Part shown: positions 31,236-41,341 of the stretch, in pieces | Position numbering within the stretch: the stretch's first letter is position 1 | Layout of the letters: each line of letters begins with the position of its first letter | Translations under genes and position numbers: made by a program | The notes under the pieces: generated by a model | The model's database searches: none | The model's input: only the letters and a program-made list of their open reading frames with translations | What the model was told of the DNA's origin: nothing | Source of the DNA: an uncultured Actinomycetes bacterium | Lineage (GTDB): Bacteria; Actinomycetota; UBA4738; HRBIN12 | Length of the DNA: 64,000 bases | Reading direction: 5' to 3' | NCBI GenBank assembly: GCA_963704885.1 | Contig: CAVPIB010000004.1 | Span: 192,001-256,000, forward strand

Positions 31236-32912
31236 GTGAGCGAACAAGCAGATGCAGATCTGGTCTTCTTGAACGGCTCGGTTTACACGGTGGACTCGGC
31301 CCGCAGCTGGGCGCACGCGGTCGCCGTGAAGGATGGACTCATCCAGGCCGTGGGTACCGATGACGACGTTCGCCTGCATGCGGGTTCGAGTACTGAGATC
31401 GTGGATCTCGGCGGACGATCGCTCCTCCCGGGGTTCCAGGATGCGCATATCCACCCGCCGAGCGGCGGGCTGGAGATGCTGCGTTGTGATCTCAATGACG
31501 CGTACACCCTGACCGACTACGAGGCCGTTATCGCGGCGTACGCGGCGGACCGACCGGACGTGCCGTGGATCCTCGGGGGCGGATGGTACATGGGCGTGTT
31601 CGCCCGAGGCGCACCTCCGAAGGAGCCACTGGACCGGCTCCTTCCCGACCGGCCGGCGTTCCTTCAGAGTCGTGATGGTCACTCCGCTTGGGTGAACTCC
31701 CGCGCGCTGGAGCTGGCTGGGATCGACGCGTCGACGCCCGACCCGGGCGACGGTCGTATCGAGCGGGATGCCGACGGCTCGCCTAGCGGCACGTTGCACG
31801 AGGGCGCCATGGAGCTCCTAGAACACGTCGCACCTCAGGACACAACCGAGGACTTCGCGGAGGGCCTCCGAGTGGCGCAGACCTACCTACATTCGCTCGG
31901 GATCACGGCATGGCAGGACGCGATCGTTGGGCTCGATGGCGGCTACCGGACGTTCGACGCGTACGTGCAGGCCGCCGAACGTGGCGAGCTGACGGCACGC
32001 GTGGTGGGAGCCCTCTGGTGGGATCGACATCGTGGCGAGGAACAGATCGACGACCTCGTCGAGGCCCGAGCGCGTGGGACGGTAGGACGTTTCTCGCCGA
32101 CCTCGGTGAAGATCATGCAGGACGGCGTTATCGAGAACTTCACGGCTGCGATGCTCGAGCCGTACCTGGACGAAGACGGGCGACCGACCGACAACCGCGG
32201 GATCTCCTTCGTCGAACCGGGTCTACTGAAGGGATACGTCACCAAGCTCGATGCCCTTGGGTTCCAGGTGCACTTCCACGCGATCGGCGATCGTGCAGTG
32301 CGTGAAGCTCTCGACGCGGTGGAGGCCGCGCGCGGGGCCAACGGTCCGAACGACCTCCGCCACCACATCGCGCATATCCAGGTGATCCACCCGATCGACC
32401 TGCCACGATTCCGGGAACTGGGGGTTGTAGCGAACGGTCAGCCGTTGTGGGCCAGCCACGAGATGCAGATGGACAAGCTCACCATCCCGTTCATCGGCCC
32501 GGAGCGCGCGTCCTGGCAGTACCCGTTCCGCAGCCTCCTTACCGCCGGAGCGACGCTCGCGTTCGGCAGCGACTGGTCGGTATCGAGCCCCGACCCGCTC
32601 GCGGAGATGTTCATCGCCATCGAGCGGCGCGTAGAGTCCGGCTACGAGTATCTAGGCGAACACGTTCGAGAGGTACTCGGGCCCGAGGAGCGGATCGATC
32701 TGCCGGCCGCGATCGCCGCCTTCACGATCGGCTCGGCATTCGTCAACCATCTCGATGGCGTCACGGGCTCGATAGAGGTCGGGAAGGAAGCCGACCTGGT
32801 CGCGTTCGACCGCGATCTGTTCGCCGGTCCCTCGGAGGAGTTGCCACAGACTTCGGTGGAGCTGACCTTGGTAGCGGGGGAGCGGGTATACGCGGCGGGC
32901 TCCCTGGCCTGA
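31236..32912 (+). CDS. Amidohydrolase 3 family (YtcJ/NfdA-like)
   Basis: DLGGRSLLPGFQDAHIH, DGHSAWVNS.AL, HAIGDRA, RHHIAH, FGSDW, GSIEVGKEADL; GTG start at 31236. Confidence 0.9.
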   Translation: MSEQADADLVFLNGSVYTVDSARSWAHAVAVKDGLIQAVGTDDDVRLHAGSSTEIVDLGGRSLLPGFQDAHIHPPSGGLEMLRCDLNDAYTLTDYEAVIAAYAADRPDVPWILGGGWYMGVFARGAPPKEPLDRLLPDRPAFLQSRDGHSAWVNSRALELAGIDASTPDPGDGRIERDADGSPSGTLHEGAMELLEHVAPQDTTEDFAEGLRVAQTYLHSLGITAWQDAIVGLDGGYRTFDAYVQAAERGELTARVVGALWWDRHRGEEQIDDLVEARARGTVGRFSPTSVKIMQDGVIENFTAAMLEPYLDEDGRPTDNRGISFVEPGLLKGYVTKLDALGFQVHFHAIGDRAVREALDAVEAARGANGPNDLRHHIAHIQVIHPIDLPRFRELGVVANGQPLWASHEMQMDKLTIPFIGPERASWQYPFRSLLTAGATLAFGSDWSVSSPDPLAEMFIAIERRVESGYEYLGEHVREVLGPEERIDLPAAIAAFTIGSAFVNHLDGVTGSIEVGKEADLVAFDRDLFAGPSEELPQTSVELTLVAGERVYAAGSLA

Positions 32913-33014
32913 CCGCTCTTCGTATGCCTCTGACCTCGGGTCAAGGCCCGTTCTTGTCACTCTACGTGCGCGCCCGCACGATACGCCCAGTTCCCATTGA
33001 AGAGGAGTCCTGAG

Positions 33015-34172
33015 ATGGCTGAGCCGTTCGACATGAGCCTGGTGCAGCGGGGGGCCCGCAACCGACGCACGCCCTACTTCGAGGCGACGCAGAAGTATGG
33101 TCCGAAGGGCTTCACGGTCTACAACCACATGTACTTCCCGATCCGATTCGACACGTTCGAGAACGAGTTCGAGACGCTCTTGAACGACGTGACCCTGTGG
33201 GACGTCTCCGTCGAGCGGTGTCTGGAGATCAGCGGACCGGACGGGTTCCGGTTCGCGCAGCTGATGACCCCCCGTGATCTGTCGAAGTGCGCGGTCGGTC
33301 AGGCCAAGTACGTGCTGGTGGTCGACAGCGACGGCGGCATCATCAACGACCCGGTCCTGACGCGTATGGACGAGAACACGTTCTGGTTCGCGCTGGCGTC
33401 CTCCGACACGCTGCTCTGGGCTCGCGGCTTGAAGAACGCCTACCCGGAGCTCGACGTCACGATCAAGGAGGCCGACGTCGCGCCGCTTCAGGTGCAGGGC
33501 CCGAAGTCCAAGGACCTCATGGTTGACCTGTTGGGCGAGAGCATCCTGGACCTCAAGTACTACTGGTGGACCAACGCCGAGATCGCGGACGTCCCGGTCG
33601 TCATCACGCGCACGGGCTGGACGTCCGAGGTGGGCTACGAGGTCTATCTGACCGACACCACGCGCGGGACCGAGGTCTTCGAAGCGCTCATGAAGGCGGG
33701 GGAGAAGTACAACATCAAGCCCACCGGTCCTTCCGACATCCGCCGGATCGAGGGCGCCATATTCAACTGGGGCGCCGACATGACCTACGAGAACAACCCG
33801 ATCGAGATGGGCTTGGACCGTCTCATCGCGTGGGACCTAGCAGACGAAGTCTGTCTCTCGATCGCCGCCTTGAAGCGGATCCGCGACGCGGGCCTTACCC
33901 GCAAGATCGTGGGTGTGGAGATGGACGGGGATCCCTTCCCGGCCTTGAACAACGTGAAGTGGGAGGCATCGATCGACGGCGCTCAAGTGGGCAAGGTCAC
34001 GTCGGCCATCTACTCGCCGCGCCTGGGCAAGAACATCGGCTACTGCTGGCTGCCAACCGCGAACGCTACCGAGGGCCAGACGGTGATGGTCGAGACGGAG
34101 TGGGGAACGCGCACCGCCACGGTCGTGCCGATGCCGTTCGTAGACCCCGAGAAGACGATCCCGGTCTCGTAG
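33015..34172 (+). CDS. Aminomethyltransferase (GcvT family), DmdA-like demethylase, copy 1
   Basis: RRTPY, VYNHMYFP, LWDVSVER..EISGPD, GGIINDPVL, QVQGPKS, RTGWT..GYE, RRIEG; GAGGAG RBS. Confidence 0.88.
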   Translation: MAEPFDMSLVQRGARNRRTPYFEATQKYGPKGFTVYNHMYFPIRFDTFENEFETLLNDVTLWDVSVERCLEISGPDGFRFAQLMTPRDLSKCAVGQAKYVLVVDSDGGIINDPVLTRMDENTFWFALASSDTLLWARGLKNAYPELDVTIKEADVAPLQVQGPKSKDLMVDLLGESILDLKYYWWTNAEIADVPVVITRTGWTSEVGYEVYLTDTTRGTEVFEALMKAGEKYNIKPTGPSDIRRIEGAIFNWGADMTYENNPIEMGLDRLIAWDLADEVCLSIAALKRIRDAGLTRKIVGVEMDGDPFPALNNVKWEASIDGAQVGKVTSAIYSPRLGKNIGYCWLPTANATEGQTVMVETEWGTRTATVVPMPFVDPEKTIPVS

Positions 34173-34261
34173 AGCCCCCGCTCACCTCGCGGCTTGCCTT
34201 CGGGCGGGGGTTTGAACCATCATTCAACCGTGCCGGGCGTCTGTGCCCGGCCGGTTGAATG
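34173..34261 (+). promoter_or_regulatory. Two tandem hairpins between the aminomethyltransferase paralogues
   Basis: AGCCCCCGCTC/GGGCGGGGGTT stem (34173-34212); CATTCAACCG-t-GCCGGGC-gtctgt-GCCCGGC-CGGTTGAATG (34221-34261) ending next to the AAGGAG RBS. Confidence 0.6.
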
Positions 34262-34277
34262 TAAAGGAGAGGTCGGT

Positions 34278-35453
34278 ATGACGAACGAGCGCGAGGAGAT
34301 GCTCGAGAAGAGCGCCACCCTTTACTTCGGGCCCTGGTACCGCAAGTCGCCGATGTTCGAGGCCACCCGGCGTGCCGGCTGTACCGCCTACGACATCTAC
34401 AACCACATGTACCTGCCGGGCTACTACGACGACCCGGAGATCGAGTACTACGCCCTCAACAACGACGTGACGCTCTGGGACGTGGGCGTGGAGCGCACGG
34501 TAGAGGTCAGTGGGCCCGACGCAGATCGCCTGATCGACATGATCACCTGTCGCGACCTGACGAAGTGCCAGGTGGGCCAGGGCAAGTACATGCCGGTCAC
34601 CGCGCCCGACGGCGGGATCGTGAACGACCCCGTTCTCCTGCACGTGAAGGAGAACACGTGGTGGATGCAGCTCGCGGACTCCGACGCCGGCCTTTACGCG
34701 CTGGGAGTCCTCGCCAACTCCGGACTGGACGCGCGGGTGACCCTGCCCGACGTCCATCCCGTCCAGATCCAGGGCCCAAAGGCCGTGATGACGCTCCAGA
34801 AGCTGGTGGGCGACCAGATCCTCGACCTGAAGTACTACTGGTGCGGCTACTACGACATCCAGGGGATCCCCGTGGTGATCAGCCGCACCGGATGGACGGC
34901 CATCCCCGGATTCGAGGTGAACCTGCTCGACTTCTCGCGCGGCAACGAGCTCTGGGAGGCGATCCTCAAAGCGGGCGAGGAGTTCAACATCCGGCCGATC
35001 GCGCCGTGCGAGGCGAGGCGGATCGAAGCGGGCATCTTCAACTACGGCTCGGACATCACCCTCTCGGACACACCGTTCCACGTGATGGGCCTGGAGCGCC
35101 TGGTCGAGGAACAGCCGCAGGACTACATCGGCAAGGCTACGCTGGAGCGCCTAAGGACCGAGGGCGTGGATCGCAAGCTGGTCGGGATCGTCCTGGACGG
35201 CGACGAGCTCCGTGCGGAGATGTCCGAGGCGTGGCCGGTCTACAAGGACGGAAAGCGTGTCGGACGCATGACAGACGCGGTCTGGTCGCCGGGTCTGAAG
35301 AAGAACATCGGGTACGTCTGGGTGCCGATCGAGCTGGCCGAGCTGGGGACCTCGTTGGACGTGGAGTCTGAGAACGGCGCCCTCACGGGCACCACGGCCG
35401 CCATCCCGTTCGTGGACCCGAAGAAGGAGGTCCCGGCCGGCAACCTGGCGTAA
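34278..35453 (+). CDS. Aminomethyltransferase (GcvT family), DmdA-like demethylase, copy 2
   Basis: RKSP, IYNHMYLP, LWDVGVER..EVSGPD, GGIVNDPVL, QIQGPKA, SRTGWT, RRIEAG, PFVDP. Confidence 0.88.
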   Translation: MTNEREEMLEKSATLYFGPWYRKSPMFEATRRAGCTAYDIYNHMYLPGYYDDPEIEYYALNNDVTLWDVGVERTVEVSGPDADRLIDMITCRDLTKCQVGQGKYMPVTAPDGGIVNDPVLLHVKENTWWMQLADSDAGLYALGVLANSGLDARVTLPDVHPVQIQGPKAVMTLQKLVGDQILDLKYYWCGYYDIQGIPVVISRTGWTAIPGFEVNLLDFSRGNELWEAILKAGEEFNIRPIAPCEARRIEAGIFNYGSDITLSDTPFHVMGLERLVEEQPQDYIGKATLERLRTEGVDRKLVGIVLDGDELRAEMSEAWPVYKDGKRVGRMTDAVWSPGLKKNIGYVWVPIELAELGTSLDVESENGALTGTTAAIPFVDPKKEVPAGNLA

Positions 35454-35563
35454 CGGCGCTCTCCGGAGGGGTGTGGGTATCCTGTTACGGCGGGAAGTCG
35501 TACGAACCTCGTGTGAGTCCGGTACGAATCACCCGCATGACCACGACCCTCCGGAGGTTCCGC

Positions 35564-36667
35564 ATGCGCCGAACCATCTTGCCGCTGGTAGTGCTCGCCA
35601 TCGTGGCGAGCGGCTGTTCGCTCAGCTTCGGATCCGAGGACTCAACCGGGCCAGTCGGGACCCTGTCTGAGCAGACAACCGCACCGCCCCTCCCGCTGGA
35701 GAACGGTTCGGTGGAAGCCGTCGTGCAAAGGGTCCTGCCGGCCGTGGTGAACGTGACGACCGATGTCTTCCAAGGCGCCGGGCAGACCGGTCAGGGAGTA
35801 GGAACGGGTTTCGTGGTTCGTGCCGATGGGATCGTCGTTACCAACTGCCACGTCGTGGAGGGCGCCTCCAAGATCACGGTGTCGTCTTCGGACGTCGAGC
35901 CGAGGGAGTACGACGCCCGAGTGATCGGCGGCGACTGTCTCCATGATCTGGCGGTCCTGAAGATAGACGCGTCGGGTCTGCCCACCGTTGCCCTGGGCAA
36001 CTCCGCCGACCTCCTGCTGGGGCAGCGTGTCGTCGCGCTGGGCTATGCGCTCGCCCTCGAGGGTGGACCCACCGTGACCACCGGCATCGTGTCGTCCCTG
36101 GACCGCACGATCACAGCCTCCGATCCAGGCTGCGACGTCTGCGAGAACGGCGCGCGAACCTACACCGGCGCCATCCAGACCGATGCCGCGATCAACCACG
36201 GCAACTCGGGCGGCCCCCTCGTGGACATGCGGGGACAGGTCATAGGTATCAACACGGCCGGCGACGACAGCGCCCAGAACATCGGCTTCGCCATCGCGAT
36301 CGACTCGGTGAAGCAGGTCATCGCGGACGCCCAGGCCGATCCGCTGGCCCCGGCGGCGTACCTGGGTGTCTCCACTCAGTCGGTGACCGCGGCGCTGGCA
36401 CTGCAATTCGACCTCACCGTGAGCGAGGGTGCGTACGTGCTCGGCCTCACCGGTGACGGGCCCGCGGCGGCCGCTGGCATCCTGGAGGGCGACGTCATCG
36501 TTGGCATCGACGGGAACCCGATCGCGACCGGCGAGGACCTTGGCAGCGTGCTCGAAGGACTCGAGCCAGGCGACCGGGTTCCGGTCCAGGTGATCGGCGT
36601 GAACGGACGGTCGCGCACGATCGAGGTAACCCTCGGCACTCGGCCCCTCCCGGTCGAGCTTCCGTAG
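35564..36667 (+). CDS. HtrA/DegP-family serine protease with PDZ domain, lipoprotein
   Basis: Lipobox ASGC; TNCHVV (His), DLAVLK (Asp), IQTDAAINHGNSGGPL (Ser); PDZ GPAAAAGI..GDVI; GGAGG RBS. Confidence 0.92.
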   Translation: MRRTILPLVVLAIVASGCSLSFGSEDSTGPVGTLSEQTTAPPLPLENGSVEAVVQRVLPAVVNVTTDVFQGAGQTGQGVGTGFVVRADGIVVTNCHVVEGASKITVSSSDVEPREYDARVIGGDCLHDLAVLKIDASGLPTVALGNSADLLLGQRVVALGYALALEGGPTVTTGIVSSLDRTITASDPGCDVCENGARTYTGAIQTDAAINHGNSGGPLVDMRGQVIGINTAGDDSAQNIGFAIAIDSVKQVIADAQADPLAPAAYLGVSTQSVTAALALQFDLTVSEGAYVLGLTGDGPAAAAGILEGDVIVGIDGNPIATGEDLGSVLEGLEPGDRVPVQVIGVNGRSRTIEVTLGTRPLPVELP

Positions 36668-36707
36668 CCTGCGTCCACGACCGGGTACCGGCCCGTAGGC
36701 TAGGCGA

Positions 36708-37466
36708 GTGCACCGCTTCCGTCTCCGCGTCGCGCGGATCCTGGGGATCCCGATCTGGGTACATGGTTCGTGGTTCGTGGTGCTTGGGCTCGCCGTCTGG
36801 GCGATGACCGTGGCGTTCGGGGACGTCTTCCCCGAACTCCCGATCGCCGAGCGCCTCGTGATGGCCATGGTGACGGGGTTGACGTTCTTCGGATGCCTCT
36901 GCGTGCATGAGTTGGCCCATGCTGTCGTCGCACGCCGGTTCGGTGTCAGCGTCCGCGGCATCACCCTCTTCCTGCTTGGAGGGGTCGCCGAGATCCGGGG
37001 CGAGCTGCCGTCTCCGGGAGCCGAGTTCGCGGTGGCTGCGGCGGGACCGGCTACGTCCGTGGCGATCGGGAGCGTCTTCGCCCTCTTGGCGGAGTGGGCA
37101 GGCGGACTCGGATGGACGGCCGTGGAGGCCGTCGCCTTCACGCTTGCGCTCGTGAACCTAGGCGTGGCGCTGTTCAACCTGGTCCCGGGCCTGCCGCTCG
37201 ATGGCGGGCGGATCCTGAGGGCGGCGATATGGTGGCGGACGGGAAGCTTCGCCCGCGCCACAGCCGCGGCATCACTAGGCGGACGGGTCGTGGCCGCCTT
37301 GCTCGTCGCGATCGGGATCGTGGGCGCGATGAAGGGGGAGCTCACCGCTCTGTGGTACGCGCCCATGGGGGGATTCATCTGGTTCCTTGCCCGCGCGTCG
37401 GCTCGCGCCACGCCGCCGGTCGACGACCGTGCGCTAGCCTTGAGCGGTGAAGGTGAGGCTGCGTAA
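36708..37466 (+). CDS. Site-2 protease (M50) family protein
   Basis: HELAH, AAAGP, FNLVPGLPLDGG; no CBS domains. Confidence 0.9.
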   Translation: MHRFRLRVARILGIPIWVHGSWFVVLGLAVWAMTVAFGDVFPELPIAERLVMAMVTGLTFFGCLCVHELAHAVVARRFGVSVRGITLFLLGGVAEIRGELPSPGAEFAVAAAGPATSVAIGSVFALLAEWAGGLGWTAVEAVAFTLALVNLGVALFNLVPGLPLDGGRILRAAIWWRTGSFARATAAASLGGRVVAALLVAIGIVGAMKGELTALWYAPMGGFIWFLARASARATPPVDDRALALSGEGEAA

Positions 37467-37647
37467 CCCCGACAGAGCGGTTGAGGTCGTGGGGGGTCGA
37501 GCGGTTCACGCCGTCCTAGATGACCTGGGCGTCGATCCCGACACTGTGCTGGTGATCCGCGGCGGCGAGCTCATCACGCGCGAGACCCGGTTGGACGATG
37601 CCGACGAGATCGAGATCCGACCCGTCATCTCGGGGGGCGCCGCGTGA
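37447..37647 (+). CDS. ThiS/MoaD-like (TtuB-like) ubiquitin-fold sulfur carrier
   Basis: 66 aa, D.IEIRPVISGG near the C-terminus; overlaps the TtuA-like gene. Confidence 0.85.
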   Translation: MKVRLRNPDRAVEVVGGRAVHAVLDDLGVDPDTVLVIRGGELITRETRLDDADEIEIRPVISGGAA

Positions 37648-38639
37648 AGTGCCGCCGCTGCCGGGGTTCCGCCGTGATCGAGATCCGCCGCCACAACGCC
37701 GCCTACTGCAAGGATTGCTTCTTCCATGTGTTCCGCGAGCAGGTGAAGCGCGCGATCTCCCAGTACGACATGTTCGCCACGACGGATCGCATCCTGGTGG
37801 CGGTCTCCGGCGGGAAGGATTCCCTGGCGCTGTGGGACGTCTTGCTGGATCTCGGCTACGACGTCACCGGCCTCTACCTGGGACTTGGGATCGGGACCTA
37901 CTCCACGCGCTCGGGTGAGGTGTCGAAGTCGTTCGCTGCGGATCGCGGCGCGGAGCTGTTGTTGGTCGACCTGGAGCGCGACTTCGGGTACGACATCCCT
38001 ACGGCGGGGAGGAAGGGCTCGCGCTCGACCTGCGCCGTATGCGGGCTTAGCAAGCGGTACGTCTTCAACCGGGCGGCACTCGACGGCGGGTTCGACGTGG
38101 TCGCCACCGGGCATAACCTGGACGACGAAGCCGCCAACCTCCTGGGCAACACGTTGCGCTGGCAGACCGGATACATCGCCCGTCAGTCGCCCGCCCTGGC
38201 CGCGAAGGACGGCATGGTGAAGAAGGTCAAACCACTGTTCCGACTCTCCGAACTTGAGACGGCGGCCTTCGCGTTCCTGCGTGGGATCGACTACGTGGTC
38301 GAGGAGTGTCCGCTGGTGGCTGGGAACACACAGCTCCGGTACAAGGAAGCTATGAACGCCCTTGAGGCGAACTCGCCGGGAACGAAGGCGCAGTTCTTCC
38401 TGGGATACCTCGATCGCGGCGTGCCGCTCTTCAGGTCCGAGGACTCTGCCGTCCTGACCGTTTGTGAGAACTGCGGCCAGCCGACGACAGCGCGGTTCTG
38501 CGCGTTCTGTCGCGCTCGGGCGCAGATCCTGGGGGAGCGACTGGGGGAGCGCTCGACATCCCCAGAGGACGACGCGACGACCTCGGAGGAGATGGCCGAC
38601 GAGGTCATGCCCGTCGAGATCTTCGGAGGCTCGGCGTGA
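37644..38639 (+). CDS. TtuA/Ncs6-family tRNA 2-thiolation protein
   Basis: N- and C-terminal zinc fingers (CRRC..C..C; CENC..CAFC), PP-loop SGGKDS, CAVC, ATGHNLDDEA, ECP. Confidence 0.88.
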   Translation: MKCRRCRGSAVIEIRRHNAAYCKDCFFHVFREQVKRAISQYDMFATTDRILVAVSGGKDSLALWDVLLDLGYDVTGLYLGLGIGTYSTRSGEVSKSFAADRGAELLLVDLERDFGYDIPTAGRKGSRSTCAVCGLSKRYVFNRAALDGGFDVVATGHNLDDEAANLLGNTLRWQTGYIARQSPALAAKDGMVKKVKPLFRLSELETAAFAFLRGIDYVVEECPLVAGNTQLRYKEAMNALEANSPGTKAQFFLGYLDRGVPLFRSEDSAVLTVCENCGQPTTARFCAFCRARAQILGERLGERSTSPEDDATTSEEMADEVMPVEIFGGSA

Positions 38640-39424
38640 GGGCCCCCTTCGAGGCGGGGGAGCGGGTGCTGCTGGTCGACCAACGGGACCGGACCTACCT
38701 CATCCGGTTGGAGCCGGGCGCCACCTACCACACGCATAGCGGCACACTGGCGCACGACTCGATCCTGGGCGCGCAGGAAGGGGTCCGCGTCGAGACATCC
38801 AAGGGCATGGTGCTCACGGCCTTCCGCCCTCGGCTGGCCGACGTGGTACTCAAGATGCCGCGCGGCGCGCAGGTCGTATACCCGAAGGACCTGGGCCCGA
38901 TCGTCGTCTACGCCGATGTACATCCGGGTGCCCGCGTGTTGGAGGCGGGTACGGGATCCGGCGCGCTCACGATCGCGCTCTGCCAGGCGGCCGGCCCGGA
39001 TGGCAGCGTCGTCAGCTACGAACTGCGTCCCGATCACCGGTCTCAGGCCATCGAGAACGTCGAGGCGTTCTTCGGCAAGCTCCCGTCGTGGCTGGATCTG
39101 CGCGAGGGTGACATCAGCGAGGTCGATACCACGGGCGAACGGTTCGACCGATGCGTGCTCGATCTGCCCGAGCCCTGGGTTCCGCTCTCCGTCCTCAACC
39201 GCGTCCTGGAGCCGGGCGGTGTGGTTTGCGCCTACCTGCCCACGACGGGACAGGTGCAAGAGCTGGTTCTTGCCCTCCGCGGGAACGGGTTCCAGCACGT
39301 GGAGACTTTCGAGACCCTGCGGCGATCGTGGCACGTGACCGAGCGCAGCGTGCGCCCCGATCACCGCATGGTTGGACACACGGGCTTCCTCACGATCGCC
39401 CGCCGTGTCGGCGACGTTCGCTAG
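38636..39424 (+). CDS. trmI: tRNA (adenine58-N1)-methyltransferase
   Basis: MPRGAQVVYPKD, VLEAGTGSGAL, LDLPEPW, RPDHRMVGHTGFL. Confidence 0.94.
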   Translation: MRAPFEAGERVLLVDQRDRTYLIRLEPGATYHTHSGTLAHDSILGAQEGVRVETSKGMVLTAFRPRLADVVLKMPRGAQVVYPKDLGPIVVYADVHPGARVLEAGTGSGALTIALCQAAGPDGSVVSYELRPDHRSQAIENVEAFFGKLPSWLDLREGDISEVDTTGERFDRCVLDLPEPWVPLSVLNRVLEPGGVVCAYLPTTGQVQELVLALRGNGFQHVETFETLRRSWHVTERSVRPDHRMVGHTGFLTIARRVGDVR

Positions 39425-39583
39425 CGTTGGAGTCCCTTTCGGCGAGAAGTTGGGGAATACCCGGTTCAAGGCATCATCGCTCCACGCCGAAGTGCCGTAT
39501 GACTGAGGTAGAGGCACTTGCCCGAGCTTCCGCGGTCGGCCGAGGGCCCGGACATATACTGACGCTCCGCGCGCACCGGGGAG

Positions 39584-41332
39584 GTGACGCAGATGCCCGA
39601 TCACGAGCAGGTGGAACGCTACGAGAAGCAGGTCCACGAGCTCCAGTCCCAGGTGAAGTTCCTCGAGGAGGAGGTCGGACTACTTCGCCGCCGTCTCACC
39701 AATGCTCCGCGGCAGGTCACCATCCTGGAAGAGAAGCTGGTCGAGACGCGCGATCAACTCACCCGTGCGATCGGACAGAACCAGAAGCTGGCCGACGCGC
39801 TGCGCGGTGAACGTCAGAAGATCGAGGCGCTCGCCGAGGAGGTCGAGAAGCTGAGCCAGCCCCCCGCGTCTTTCGGCGTGTACCTGGGAGCCAACGACGA
39901 CGGGTCGATCGACGTGTTCACCGGCGGCCGCAAGATGCGCGTTACACCGGCTCCAGATCTGCAGATCGAACGTTTCAACCCCGGGGCGCAGGTCATCCTG
40001 AACGACTCGCTGAACGCGGTCGAGGTGTTGGATCACGACCGCCAAGGCGAGGTGCTGAAGGTGAAGGAGCGCCTAGGCGACGACCGTGTCATGTTGGTCG
40101 GCCGCGGTGACGAGGAATACGTGGCTACGCTCGCGGGCTCGCTTGTCGGCCAGGCGGTGCGAGCCGGCGACCCCGTCTTGTACGACTCGCGCTCAGGTGT
40201 CGCGCTCGAGCTGCTCCCGAAGGAAGTGGTCGAGCAGTTAGTTCTGGAGGAGATCCCGGACGTCAGCTACGAGGACATCGGCGGTCTAGAGGGCCAGATC
40301 GAGGCGATCCGCGACGCGGTGGAGCTGCCGTTCCTGTACGCGGAGCTCTTCCAGGAGCACGAGTTGGAAGCGCCCAAGGGGGTACTGCTGTACGGACCCC
40401 CCGGCTGCGGCAAGACGTTGATCGCGAAGGCGGTGGCGAAGTCGCTCGCCGAGAAGGTCGCGGAGCGCACCGGACGCGACGACGCGCGCAGCTACTTCCT
40501 GAACGTGAAGGGGCCTGAGCTGCTGAACAAGTACGTGGGCGAGACCGAACGCCAGATCCGCGAGATCTTCCAGCGCGCGAAGGAGCGCAGCGAAGAGGGC
40601 CTGCCGGTGATCGTGTTCTTCGATGAGATGGACTCGATCTTCAGGACCCGCGGTACGGGTATCTCGTCCGACGTTGAGTCCACCATCGTGCCGCAGCTCC
40701 TTTCGGAGCTCGACGGGGTAGAGACGCTCAAGAACGTGATCGTGATCGGCGCTTCCAACCGCGAGGATCTGATAGACCCCGCCATCCTGCGGCCGGGCCG
40801 GCTGGACGTGAAGATCAAGATCGAGCGTCCCGACGGCCCACAGGCGAAGGACATCATGTCTAAGTACCTTCACCCGTCCATCCCGATCCACCCCGACGAG
40901 ATCGATCGGAACAACGGTGATGCATCGCTCGCCACTGCACGGATGATCGAGAAGACCGTCGAGCTCATGTACGAGCCTTCCGACCGCAACCGCTTCCTGG
41001 AGGTCACCTACGCCTCGGGGGACAAGGAGATCCTGTATTTCAAGGACTTCAACTCGGGCGCCATGATCGAGAACATCGTCCGGCGATCCAAGAAGGAAGC
41101 CATCAAGCGATTCCTGTCCACGGGCGAGAAGGGGATCAAGAGCGAAGATCTCGTCCAGGCGATCCGCGATGAGTTCAAGGAGAACGAGGACCTGCCGAAC
41201 ACCACTAACCCGGACGACTGGGCCCGCATCTCGGGCAAGAAGGGCGAGCGGATCGTGTACGTCCGGACCTTGCTCGGCGACGACGGCGACGGACGACAGG
41301 TCGAGCGCGTGAACGCGGGTCAGTACCTGTAA
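39584..41332 (+). CDS. arc: Proteasome-associated AAA ATPase (ARC/Mpa)
   Basis: N-terminal coiled coil, [46 protein letters not shown]-terminal GQYL. Confidence 0.97.
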   Translation: MTQMPDHEQVERYEKQVHELQSQVKFLEEEVGLLRRRLTNAPRQVTILEEKLVETRDQLTRAIGQNQKLADALRGERQKIEALAEEVEKLSQPPASFGVYLGANDDGSIDVFTGGRKMRVTPAPDLQIERFNPGAQVILNDSLNAVEVLDHDRQGEVLKVKERLGDDRVMLVGRGDEEYVATLAGSLVGQAVRAGDPVLYDSRSGVALELLPKEVVEQLVLEEIPDVSYEDIGGLEGQIEAIRDAVELPFLYAELFQEHELEAPKGVLLYGPPGCGKTLIAKAVAKSLAEKVAERTGRDDARSYFLNVKGPELLNKYVGETERQIREIFQRAKERSEEGLPVIVFFDEMDSIFRTRGTGISSDVESTIVPQLLSELDGVETLKNVIVIGASNREDLIDPAILRPGRLDVKIKIERPDGPQAKDIMSKYLHPSIPIHPDEIDRNNGDASLATARMIEKTVELMYEPSDRNRFLEVTYASGDKEILYFKDFNSGAMIENIVRRSKKEAIKRFLSTGEKGIKSEDLVQAIRDEFKENEDLPNTTNPDDWARISGKKGERIVYVRTLLGDDGDGRQVERVNAGQYL

Positions 41333-41341
41333 GGTTGGCCG

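Noticed and set aside
4481-37411. Long antisense/alternative-frame ORFs in the track (e.g. 4481-6640, 14642-16474, 22717-24375, 35642-37411)
   Set aside because: Shadow ORFs expected in high-GC DNA opposite well-supported genes; Arg/Pro-rich with no motifs.
38528-38552. Short tandem repeat CTGGGGGAGCG(A) x2 in the TtuA-like gene; similar GCCGATCAG x2 at the uvrA end
   Set aside because: Two-copy in-frame duplications in variable C-terminal tails; no sign of a repeat system.
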